Below, piece by piece: positions 17,262-24,491 of a stretch of 39,396 nucleotides of DNA. Position 1 is the stretch's first letter, and every line of letters begins with the position of its first letter. Source of the stretch: Dehalococcoidaceae bacterium. GTDB lineage: Bacteria > Chloroflexota > Dehalococcoidia > JAUVWM01. Both the position numbers and the translations under genes were made by a program. Location: the NCBI GenBank assembly GCA_030604105.1, contig JAUVWM010000001.1:1-39396 (forward strand). The letters are read 5' to 3'. The notes under the pieces were generated by a model. The model was given only the letters and a program-made list of their open reading frames with translations, was not told where the DNA came from and did no database searches.

Positions 17262-18683
17262 ATGGAAGCCAGCTTTCGCAGTCTTCCCAGCGTGGACAGG
17301 CTCATTTCCGATGCTCGATTGAAGTCGCTCGAAGATACCCTGTGCCCTGCCTTGCTCGTGGACCTGGTTCGCCAGCGCCTGGAAAGTGTTCGCCGCTCCA
17401 TTGCCCTGGGCAATTCATGTCCTTCCTTTGACGAGATAGTGGAGTCTATTTGTGCCCAGGCTGAGGCCCTGTCCCATCCCAGCCTGCGCCCGGTCATCAA
17501 CGCCACCGGGGTCATACTTCACACCAACCTGGGTCGGGCGCCGCTCAGCGAAGAGGCCATGGCAGCTATGGATCGGGCGGCAAAGGGCTACACCAACCTG
17601 GAGTTTGACCTCGACAGCGGGAGGAGAAGCTCTCGCCAGGTTCACGTGGAGCAGGTTTTGTGCCAGCTAAGCGGTGCTGAGAGCGCGTTGGTGGTGAACA
17701 ACAACGCCTCTGGGGTGCTGTTGGCCCTCAGCGCCCTGGCCAGAAGGGGGGAGGTGATCGCTTCCCGGGGCCAGGCGGTGGAGATCGGCGGTGGCTTTCG
17801 CATCCCTGAAGTGATGCGCCAAAGCGGAGCCAAGCTGGTGGAGGTGGGGACCACCAACTGCACCTATATTACAGACTACGAAGGGGCGATCAGCCAGAGA
17901 ACGGCAGCGCTGCTTCGTGTTCACGCCAGTAACTTCAGGGTCGTTGGCTTCACCCACAGCGTCGCCCTCCCCGAGCTGGTGGCGCTTGGCGAGCGGCATG
18001 ACCTCCCCCTATTGGATGACCTGGGCAGTGGCTGCTTTCTGGACACCACCCAGTTTGGTCTCGACCCGGAGCCTATGGTTCAGGATAGCGTTGCCCGGGG
18101 CGCAGGGCTGGTCCTCTTCTCCGGGGACAAGCTCGTTGGAGGCCCTCAAGCGGGGATCATAGTCGGCAAGAAGGGCCTTATGGATAAGCTGAGGAGGCAC
18201 CCTCTGGCGCGGGCAGTCCGCATCGATAAGATAGGGCTGGCCGGGCTGGCGGCCACGCTGCTTCATTACTTGAAGGGCGAAGCGGTGAAGAGGGTCCCGG
18301 TGTGGCGCATGATCTCGGCCCCGGTGGAGGAGATCGAGCGTCGAGCCGAGCTGTGGGCTCAAGCCCTCAAGGGGCTGGCCGAGGTGATAGATGGCGAAAC
18401 AATGGTAGGCGGCGGCAGTTTGCCTGGGGGGACATTGCCCACTAAGCTTGTCGCCCTGAGCACGCAGGGGGGGAGCCAGGGACAGAGCACCGTTCAAACC
18501 CTGGCTCGCAGGTTACGGCGTCAGGGGACGCCGGTGATCGGGCGGATCAGCGGCAACGTGCTGCTCCTCGACCCCCGAACTGTCCTCCCTGAGGAGGACG
18601 GGGTTGTGCTCGAAGCCCTTCACAGTGTGGCCACGGGTCCGGAGCCTCCCCGGAGGCTAACAAAAGCCACAAGAGGTGTATAG
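17262..18683 (+). CDS. selA: L-seryl-tRNA(Sec) selenium transferase
   Basis: 473 aa. The LPSVDRLI N-terminal motif, PLP-fold core (NNNASGVLLAL, SGDKLVGGPQAG) and position directly before selB support the call. Confidence 0.9.
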   Translation: MEASFRSLPSVDRLISDARLKSLEDTLCPALLVDLVRQRLESVRRSIALGNSCPSFDEIVESICAQAEALSHPSLRPVINATGVILHTNLGRAPLSEEAMAAMDRAAKGYTNLEFDLDSGRRSSRQVHVEQVLCQLSGAESALVVNNNASGVLLALSALARRGEVIASRGQAVEIGGGFRIPEVMRQSGAKLVEVGTTNCTYITDYEGAISQRTAALLRVHASNFRVVGFTHSVALPELVALGERHDLPLLDDLGSGCFLDTTQFGLDPEPMVQDSVARGAGLVLFSGDKLVGGPQAGIIVGKKGLMDKLRRHPLARAVRIDKIGLAGLAATLLHYLKGEAVKRVPVWRMISAPVEEIERRAELWAQALKGLAEVIDGETMVGGGSLPGGTLPTKLVALSTQGGSQGQSTVQTLARRLRRQGTPVIGRISGNVLLLDPRTVLPEEDGVVLEALHSVATGPEPPRRLTKATRGV

Positions 18684-20536
18684 TGTTCGTGCTGGGCACC
18701 GCGGGCCATGTCGATCACGGCAAATCTGTCCTGGTGCATGCCCTGACCGGCATCGATCCCGACCGACTGGCGGAGGAGAAGGAGCGGGGCATGACCATAG
18801 ACCTGGGCTTCGCTTGGCTGAAGCTGCCCAGCGGGCGAGAGGTAGGCATCGTCGATGTCCCCGGGCATGAGCGCTTCATCAAGAATATGCTGGCTGGTGT
18901 CGGCAGCATCGACATAGCCCTGCTCATCGTCGCCGCTGACGAAGGGATAATGCCTCAGACCAGGGAACATCTGGCTATATTGGACTTGCTTCAGGTAGAC
19001 AAAGGGATCGTGGTCATCACCAAGAAGGACCTGGTAGACGAAGACTGGCTGAATCTGGTTGTCCTGGACGTGGAGGAGGCAATAAAGGAAACTACGCTGG
19101 CCCAGGCCCCGGTTATTGTCGTCTCTGCGCTGACGGGGGAGGGCCTACCCGACTTAGTCTCTGCAATTGACCATCTTCTGGAGTCAGCACCGGCCAGAAA
19201 GGATATCGGTCGGCCAAGGCTGGCCATCGACCGCGTTTTCACCATAGCTGGCTCAGGCACGGTGGTCACGGGGACGCTGATCGATGGCTCGCTCTCAGTC
19301 GGCCAGGAGGTGGAGATCGTGCCCCCGGGCCTCAGGTCACGCCTGCGAGGGCTGCAGACACATAAAAGGAGGCTGGATGTTGCCCGGCCCGGGAGCCGGG
19401 TCGCAGCCAATCTGGTGGGTATTGCCAGCGCCGAGCTGAAGCGCGGGGACGTGCTGACTAACCCCGGCTGGTTGCGTCCCACCAGATTCCTGGATGTCAG
19501 GCTCCGCCTTATTTCATCCCTGCGTCGTGGCCTGCGGCACAACATTACCGTCAGCTTTCACACCGGTTCCTGCGAGGTGGAGGCCAAAATTCGTTTGCTG
19601 GAGAGGGAGGAGCTAGAGCCGGGAGAGGCCAGCTGGGCCCAGTTAGCGCTGGCCGAGCCCGTGGCCGTGGTCAAAGGCGATCGCTTCATCATCCGCTCCC
19701 CGCAGGAGAGTGTGGGGGGTGGAGATATCGTAAATACCCATCCGGGGCGGCATCGCCGCTTCCGCCCCGGCATCATCCGGGACCTGGAGATCAGGGAAAA
19801 GGGCACAGCCCAGGAGATCGTGGTTGCCAGCCTGGAGACCAAGCAGCCGCTGGAAATGGGAGCCCTCCTCGGCCGTTGCGAGCTGCCCCCCGACGAGGCT
19901 GAGCCAGCGATAAGGGCCCTCATCCAGGGAGGAAAGGTGGTGGCAGCAGGCAGCGGGAGCCATTCCCTGCTCTTCACCGCCCGGGGCTGGCAGCTTTTCA
20001 GGGATAGGGTGGCAGCTTTAGTTGGTGATTATCACCGACGGTTCCCCTTGCGCCGGGGCATGCCCAAGGTGGAATTGAGGAGCAAGCTGAAGCTGGCCAC
20101 GCACTCCCTCGCCGGCATCCTACAAGGTCTTCTCCAGGAGGGGGTTCTCGCCGAGGAGGGAGCGGAAGTGCGCCTCCCCCCTCACCGCGCTGAGCTTACC
20201 CAGGGACAGCAGAGGCAGGTCGACGCCTTTCTGGAGACCCTGGCCCGAAACCCCTATGCCCCGCCCGGCGAACCGATGCCCGAGCCCGATTTGCTCAACC
20301 TCCTCATCGAGCAACGCCGGGTAGTGAAGGTGAGCGAGGGCGTGGTGTTTGCCGCCTCTGCCTACGATGAAATGGTAGACAGGATCAGTTCCCATATGAA
20401 GGCACATGGTAAGGTGACCCTGGCTCAGGTGCGGGACATGTTTGGCACCAGCCGCAAGTATGCCCAGGCTCTCCTTGAGTATCTGGATGAGAAAAAGATC
20501 ACCCGCCGCGTCGGTGACGAGCGGGTGCTGGCATAG
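18683..20536 (+). CDS. selB: selenocysteine-specific translation elongation factor
   Basis: 617 aa. GTAGHVDHGKS, DVPGHERF and TKKD GTPase motifs, plus a long C-terminal winged-helix extension. The GTG start overlaps the selA TAG (TAGTG). Confidence 0.9.
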   Translation: MFVLGTAGHVDHGKSVLVHALTGIDPDRLAEEKERGMTIDLGFAWLKLPSGREVGIVDVPGHERFIKNMLAGVGSIDIALLIVAADEGIMPQTREHLAILDLLQVDKGIVVITKKDLVDEDWLNLVVLDVEEAIKETTLAQAPVIVVSALTGEGLPDLVSAIDHLLESAPARKDIGRPRLAIDRVFTIAGSGTVVTGTLIDGSLSVGQEVEIVPPGLRSRLRGLQTHKRRLDVARPGSRVAANLVGIASAELKRGDVLTNPGWLRPTRFLDVRLRLISSLRRGLRHNITVSFHTGSCEVEAKIRLLEREELEPGEASWAQLALAEPVAVVKGDRFIIRSPQESVGGGDIVNTHPGRHRRFRPGIIRDLEIREKGTAQEIVVASLETKQPLEMGALLGRCELPPDEAEPAIRALIQGGKVVAAGSGSHSLLFTARGWQLFRDRVAALVGDYHRRFPLRRGMPKVELRSKLKLATHSLAGILQGLLQEGVLAEEGAEVRLPPHRAELTQGQQRQVDAFLETLARNPYAPPGEPMPEPDLLNLLIEQRRVVKVSEGVVFAASAYDEMVDRISSHMKAHGKVTLAQVRDMFGTSRKYAQALLEYLDEKKITRRVGDERVLA

Positions 20537-20550
20537 GCGGTCGTTCGATT

Positions 20551-20648
20551 TGGCGGGAGCGAATGGGAGTCGAACCCACCGAGGACACGGAACCGCACCC
20601 CCCAACGGATTTGAAGTCCGCGAAGCCCACCGGGACCCAACCGCTCCC
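20551..20648 (-). tRNA. selC: tRNA-Sec (anticodon UCA at 20614-20612), CCA encoded
   Basis: The reverse strand reads GGGAGCGGttGGGTCCcggtGGGCTTcGCGGActTCAaaTCCGTt-long variable arm-GTGGGttcgactCCCATTCGCTCCCgCCA. It folds with an 8-bp acceptor and 5-bp T stem (bacterial 8/5 Sec architecture), a 6-bp D stem, a roughly 9-bp variable stem and a CUUCAAA anticodon loop. Confidence 0.85.
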
Positions 20649-20657
20649 TCCAACTTG

Positions 20658-20686
20658 AGTATATACGATATGTCTCTTCAGCGCAA
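20658..20686 (-). promoter_or_regulatory. putative selC promoter (TTGCGC-17-TATACT)
   Basis: The -10 of the reverse-strand hexamers ends 9 nt before the tRNA 5' end, just downstream of the tatC stop. Confidence 0.4.
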
Positions 20687-20711
20687 CGCCTGGAATATAC
20701 AGCCTTAAGCC

Positions 20712-21458
20712 CTATGCCGGAGGTGTGAGGTCGGGATGGACCACGCTGGGCTTCCCCCGCCACACGAGCTTGGATATCCAGATGCTCGTCTCGTACAGTA
20801 TGATCAGCGGGGCGGCAACGAGGCTCTGATTCACCGGGTCAAAGGTGGGGGTGATAATGGCGGCCAGAATAAAAGCGCCGACAAAGGCATACTTGCGCTT
20901 GTTGGCAAGCCATTTGGGAGTGATGACGCCGATCTTCGTTAGGAAAAGGATTATTACCGGCGTCTCGAAGACGGCCCCGATGCTCAATAGCAGCCTGAGC
21001 ACGATCGAGATGTAATTGCCTATCCTGATCTGAGGCTCAGCGATGTCGCTGCCGAAGGAGATCAAGAACTTTGTTGCCGGTGGCACCAGGATAAAGTAGC
21101 CGAAGGCAATGCCTCCCAGGAACATAAATGATACGAAGGGCAGCATCAAGTAGATATATCTTTTTTCCTGGCGGGTAAGCGCGGGGGAGACGAACATCAC
21201 CAGCTGATAGACGAGGAAAGGCATGGCCAGCGCGATGCCACTGGCCAGGGCCACCTTCATATAGGTGCCGAACATCTCCGTCATCTCGACAAAGATGAGG
21301 TTGATGTCCCCCGCCGGCCGTATCAAGATGTCGAAGATTTGCTTGGCGAAGAAGAAAGAGATAGATGTGGTTATTATTACCACAATCACCGACTTGACTA
21401 GACGTTGACGCAATTCCTGTAGATGGCCGGTGATTGTTAGCTTGTCGATCTGGCTCAC
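20712..21458 (-). CDS. tatC: twin-arginine translocase subunit TatC
   Basis: 248 aa. HLQELRQRL N-terminus, 6 TM segments and a TPxxD-like ITPTFDP motif. Confidence 0.9.
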   Translation of the reverse strand: MSQIDKLTITGHLQELRQRLVKSVIVVIITTSISFFFAKQIFDILIRPAGDINLIFVEMTEMFGTYMKVALASGIALAMPFLVYQLVMFVSPALTRQEKRYIYLMLPFVSFMFLGGIAFGYFILVPPATKFLISFGSDIAEPQIRIGNYISIVLRLLLSIGAVFETPVIILFLTKIGVITPKWLANKRKYAFVGAFILAAIITPTFDPVNQSLVAAPLIILYETSIWISKLVWRGKPSVVHPDLTPPA

Positions 21459-21508
21459 TTTGAGGTGCCCTTGGTGGCAGATATTCTCACGCCGTCATTC
21501 TGCTGGCT

Positions 21509-21748
21509 TTATGCCTGCGCCGACTTATCGGGTTTATCGCCCATCCCCGCTTCCCCAGGTTTGCGGTCTTTTTCCCCCTCTATCTCCCTGGTCACCTGGG
21601 CTGTCAGGTCAGAGGCGGCTTTCCTAAAGCCACGCACTGTTTTCCCTATCGTCCTGCTAATCTCTGGCAGCTTTTCCGGCCCGAATATTATCAGGGCCAC
21701 GATAAGGATGACCAATATCTCCAGCGGGCCTATGCCGAAAAGATCCAT
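21509..21748 (-). CDS. tatA: twin-arginine translocase TatA/E-family protein
   Basis: 79 aa. GPLEILVILIVALIIFGPEKLPE plus an amphipathic helix. Confidence 0.85.
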   Translation of the reverse strand: MDLFGIGPLEILVILIVALIIFGPEKLPEISRTIGKTVRGFRKAASDLTAQVTREIEGEKDRKPGEAGMGDKPDKSAQA

Positions 21749-21840
21749 AACTATCCCTGGACCCAGCCTCGGTGGTTTTCAGACCAGGTGACGGGCCAAT
21801 CCGCCTTTTCAATGCCCGTGATACATTCTTGGGGTCAGTA

Positions 21841-22059
21841 TTAGCTTTCCCCCTTCTTGGTTGTGCCCCGGGCTGCCTTCTTGGCGACCCTCTTTTTGGG
21901 TTGTACTTCCTCCTTATCCTCTTCGCCAAGCTGGCCTTTGCGAAACTCCCGCAGCCCATGGCCAATGGCCCCACCAACCTGCGGCAGTTTCCCCACGCCG
22001 AAGATGATGAGGATGACCGCCAATATTACAACAAGCTCCAGCGGTCCAATATGTGGCAT
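21841..22059 (-). CDS. tatA: twin-arginine translocase TatA/E-family protein (second copy, possible TatB role)
   Basis: 72 aa. GPLELVVILAVILIIFGVGKLPQ plus a charged tail. Confidence 0.85.
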   Translation of the reverse strand: MPHIGPLELVVILAVILIIFGVGKLPQVGGAIGHGLREFRKGQLGEEDKEEVQPKKRVAKKAARGTTKKGES

Positions 22060-22127
22060 GACTCTAACCTCCCCACATTTTCTTATCCTCGTGCTCGCTC
22101 ACAGGCTCAGCAGCCCCCAGGCTGCTC

Positions 22128-22988
22128 TTATCCATCCGACACGGTGCCTGTCCACCCTGCCCTATATCCATTGTCTCTCCCCTGGCCGTCCATGTCAAGT
22201 TTCAGGATGCACTCCAAGGGCAACAATGTCTCCGATTGCGTCCGACGCAGATCGATAGCCTTCAGGTAGGTCCGACACCGCTCACACACATAAAGCCTAT
22301 ACACCCCATCATCGTCGGTGAAATAGGCCAGGGCATCCTGATCCTGGGTGCCGCAGTAAGGACACTCCAGCCGCTGAAAGAGCCACTGGGCCTCACAGCG
22401 AGAGCAGAGCAGCCACCTGGCTCCCCGCTCTTTGTCCAGGAAAGCGAAATGGGGCTTGCCTCCACAAATTGGGCAGTATCCACGGCGCCACTGTTCCTGA
22501 TCCACTAGCCCGATCAGCGCCTCAGACCAGCAGGTCAAGAAGGGCCTGACGGCGGAGTGAATCACAGCGGCCAGAAGTTCGGGGTCAACACCATGAGGTT
22601 GTGAGAACGCCGATAGTGGCGAGCCCTCATACCAGGCCTTGGTCACTTCCTGCAAGGGAGGTATGTCGCGGGCAATGTCTCTCAGGCTGTGGACAGCCTC
22701 CGCTGTGGCCTTGTAGTATTCGCCGGTTGCGCTGACAACTGCCCGGAACAGATCCTGAAAGGCTGACCAATCCAGGGACAGGGCACGCCACTGAAGTAGC
22801 GGCATACCCTGTCTTAACCGATCGCTGGCCTTGTCTCGGCTCAGGCCTGGCTCTGGGGCGGGGATACGTGCCCTCGCCTCAACTTGAATGCGCAACAGCT
22901 GCTCGTAGAGCCCGACAAACTCAGGCAGAGCTTCCCCGCCCTGTTGCCACTCTTCCAGCCTCTTCAGTATCTTGCCATCGACTTCCAC
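22128..22988 (-). CDS. fdhE: formate dehydrogenase accessory protein FdhE
   Basis: Four CxxC pairs (CPICGG, CSRCEAQW, CPYCG, CERCRTYLK) in the FdhE arrangement. The start is uncertain: GTG 22988 or TTG 22997 avoid overlap, whereas the ORF-track ATG 23081 would overlap fdnI by 68 nt and add an Arg-rich low-complexity N-terminus. Confidence 0.75.
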   Translation of the reverse strand: MEVDGKILKRLEEWQQGGEALPEFVGLYEQLLRIQVEARARIPAPEPGLSRDKASDRLRQGMPLLQWRALSLDWSAFQDLFRAVVSATGEYYKATAEAVHSLRDIARDIPPLQEVTKAWYEGSPLSAFSQPHGVDPELLAAVIHSAVRPFLTCWSEALIGLVDQEQWRRGYCPICGGKPHFAFLDKERGARWLLCSRCEAQWLFQRLECPYCGTQDQDALAYFTDDDGVYRLYVCERCRTYLKAIDLRRTQSETLLPLECILKLDMDGQGRDNGYRAGWTGTVSDG

Positions 22989-23013
22989 TACGCCCAACCA
23001 CCCGTCACTGCAC

Positions 23014-23667
23014 CTAGGCCTCCTGCGCCTCTTGGTCCGCCGAGGTTCGGTCGTACCACTTGCCGTGGTGGGACTGGGCATACTTGGCGGAGACCTTGCC
23101 CCAGATCATCGATCCCAGGGATTCAGGCATCCGTGGATGCAAGGCGCTGAGCTGGAAATGAACCAGGAAGAAGACGCCAAGGCCAATGAAAGCCAGGCTA
23201 TGTAGGAAAATGGACCACTGGATAACTTCGGCGGTCACGATGCCCTTGAAGAACCACATGATAACGCCGGTCGCCAACAGAATGGCCGAAGCCACGAGGA
23301 CAGTCAGCCAGTAGAGCTTCTGACCGGTATTGATGTGCCCTTGCGGGGGCATCCGACTTGGGTCGCCGCCGAAATAGTAATCGGGTGCCGCCTTAAACCA
23401 CTCCACATCATCTTTACCCCAGGCAAAGGCTTCCTTGACGAAGCCCATTGACCGGCTCCAATTGCCGAATAGGACGAAGAGCACAGGCACCAGCACGAAG
23501 ATCGCGGCGGCGACGCGGTGGGCCACCCCACTCCATCCCCACCAGGCCGCGGCGCTGAACCAGGGCGCAAATAGGAATAACCCTGTGATCGCCAGGACCA
23601 AGAACGACGCGGCTACGATCCAGTGGAGCACCCGTGTTGACAGCTTGTAGCGTTCAACCTCTTGCAT
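23014..23667 (-). CDS. fdnI: formate dehydrogenase gamma subunit (di-heme cytochrome b, FdnI-like)
   Basis: RVLHWIVAASFLVLAITG plus further TM helices carrying His. ATG 23667 follows the fdnH stop by 1 nt and the SD GAGGAGGAAAAG, giving 217 aa. Confidence 0.75.
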   Translation of the reverse strand: MQEVERYKLSTRVLHWIVAASFLVLAITGLFLFAPWFSAAAWWGWSGVAHRVAAAIFVLVPVLFVLFGNWSRSMGFVKEAFAWGKDDVEWFKAAPDYYFGGDPSRMPPQGHINTGQKLYWLTVLVASAILLATGVIMWFFKGIVTAEVIQWSIFLHSLAFIGLGVFFLVHFQLSALHPRMPESLGSMIWGKVSAKYAQSHHGKWYDRTSADQEAQEA

Positions 23668-23668
23668 G

Positions 23669-24460
23669 CTACTTTTCCTCCTCTGCACGGATCTGTCTGG
23701 CGCGGGCAACAATCAGGTTAATCAACAGGCCACCGGCCACCAACCCCCCCGCAGCCCAGCCAAGGGGCTGGATTATGTCCTTCCAGGCAGTAGCTGCGGC
23801 GGAGACCTTGGGGTCCTTGGGCAAGCCGTAAGTCTCAGGAGAATCGGTCAGGACATAGAGGACATGCAGGCCGTCCAATTCGTTTTCCCCATACAGGGTA
23901 GCATTGCCCCCGAGAGCGGCGACCCGCTTGTTGCCCTCCGCCACCAGTTCACCTCGGTCCCCGTAGATGAGCGCCCCTGGAGGGCAGGTCTTGACGCAGG
24001 CAGGCTCTAAGCCATTGCCGATGCGGTCAAGGCCGTGGGTGGTACAGAAGGTGCACTTATCTATCCTGCCCAAGCCGGTGACCCGGCTGCCGTCGAGCTG
24101 GGGGACCTCGAAGGGGCAAAAGTCGACGCAGTAGCCGCAGCCAGTGCACTTACCCTTGTCGTAGGCAACGAAGCCCAGGTCATGATGGTAGACCGCCCCG
24201 GTGGGGCAGGCAGTCACACAGCCGGCGTCGGTACAGTGCATGCAGGCGCGCCGGGTAAAGAGCCAAGCCACGGATCCGTTCCTCGGTATCTCCCTGAACT
24301 CCATTTTTATCCAGGTCTCAGGCGACAGATCCTTAGGGTTCTCGTAACTGCCCCGGTTCTCGGTGAATTCCGCCTTTAGCTCGTTCCATTGCTTACACAC
24401 CACCTGGCAGCCACGGCAGGCTACGCACTTTGTGGCATCGTACAGAATCGCCTTTGCCAT
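23669..24460 (-). CDS. fdnH: formate dehydrogenase beta subunit (4x[4Fe-4S] ferredoxin with C-terminal TM anchor, FdnH-like)
   Basis: 263 aa. CVACRGCQVVC, CMHCTDAGCVTACP, CTGCGYCVDFCP and CTFC...CVKTCP cluster motifs, with a hydrophobic C-terminal helix. Confidence 0.9.
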   Translation of the reverse strand: MAKAILYDATKCVACRGCQVVCKQWNELKAEFTENRGSYENPKDLSPETWIKMEFREIPRNGSVAWLFTRRACMHCTDAGCVTACPTGAVYHHDLGFVAYDKGKCTGCGYCVDFCPFEVPQLDGSRVTGLGRIDKCTFCTTHGLDRIGNGLEPACVKTCPPGALIYGDRGELVAEGNKRVAALGGNATLYGENELDGLHVLYVLTDSPETYGLPKDPKVSAAATAWKDIIQPLGWAAGGLVAGGLLINLIVARARQIRAEEEK

Positions 24461-24491
24461 CGGTTACCTCCCACGGAACATTTTGGCCTCT

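Noticed and set aside
20120-20763. ORFs 20120-20653 (177 aa) and 20425-20763 (112 aa) on the minus strand.
   Set aside because: They run antisense through selB and straight across the tRNA-Sec gene. They have no motifs and are explained by the selB and selC annotations.
22989-23081. The longer FdhE start at ATG 23081.
   Set aside because: It is not excluded. It would overlap fdnI by 68 nt and add an Arg-rich segment (TEPRRTKRRRRPR) that looks like the out-of-frame shadow of the fdnI 3' end. It is listed as an alternative in the feature evidence.
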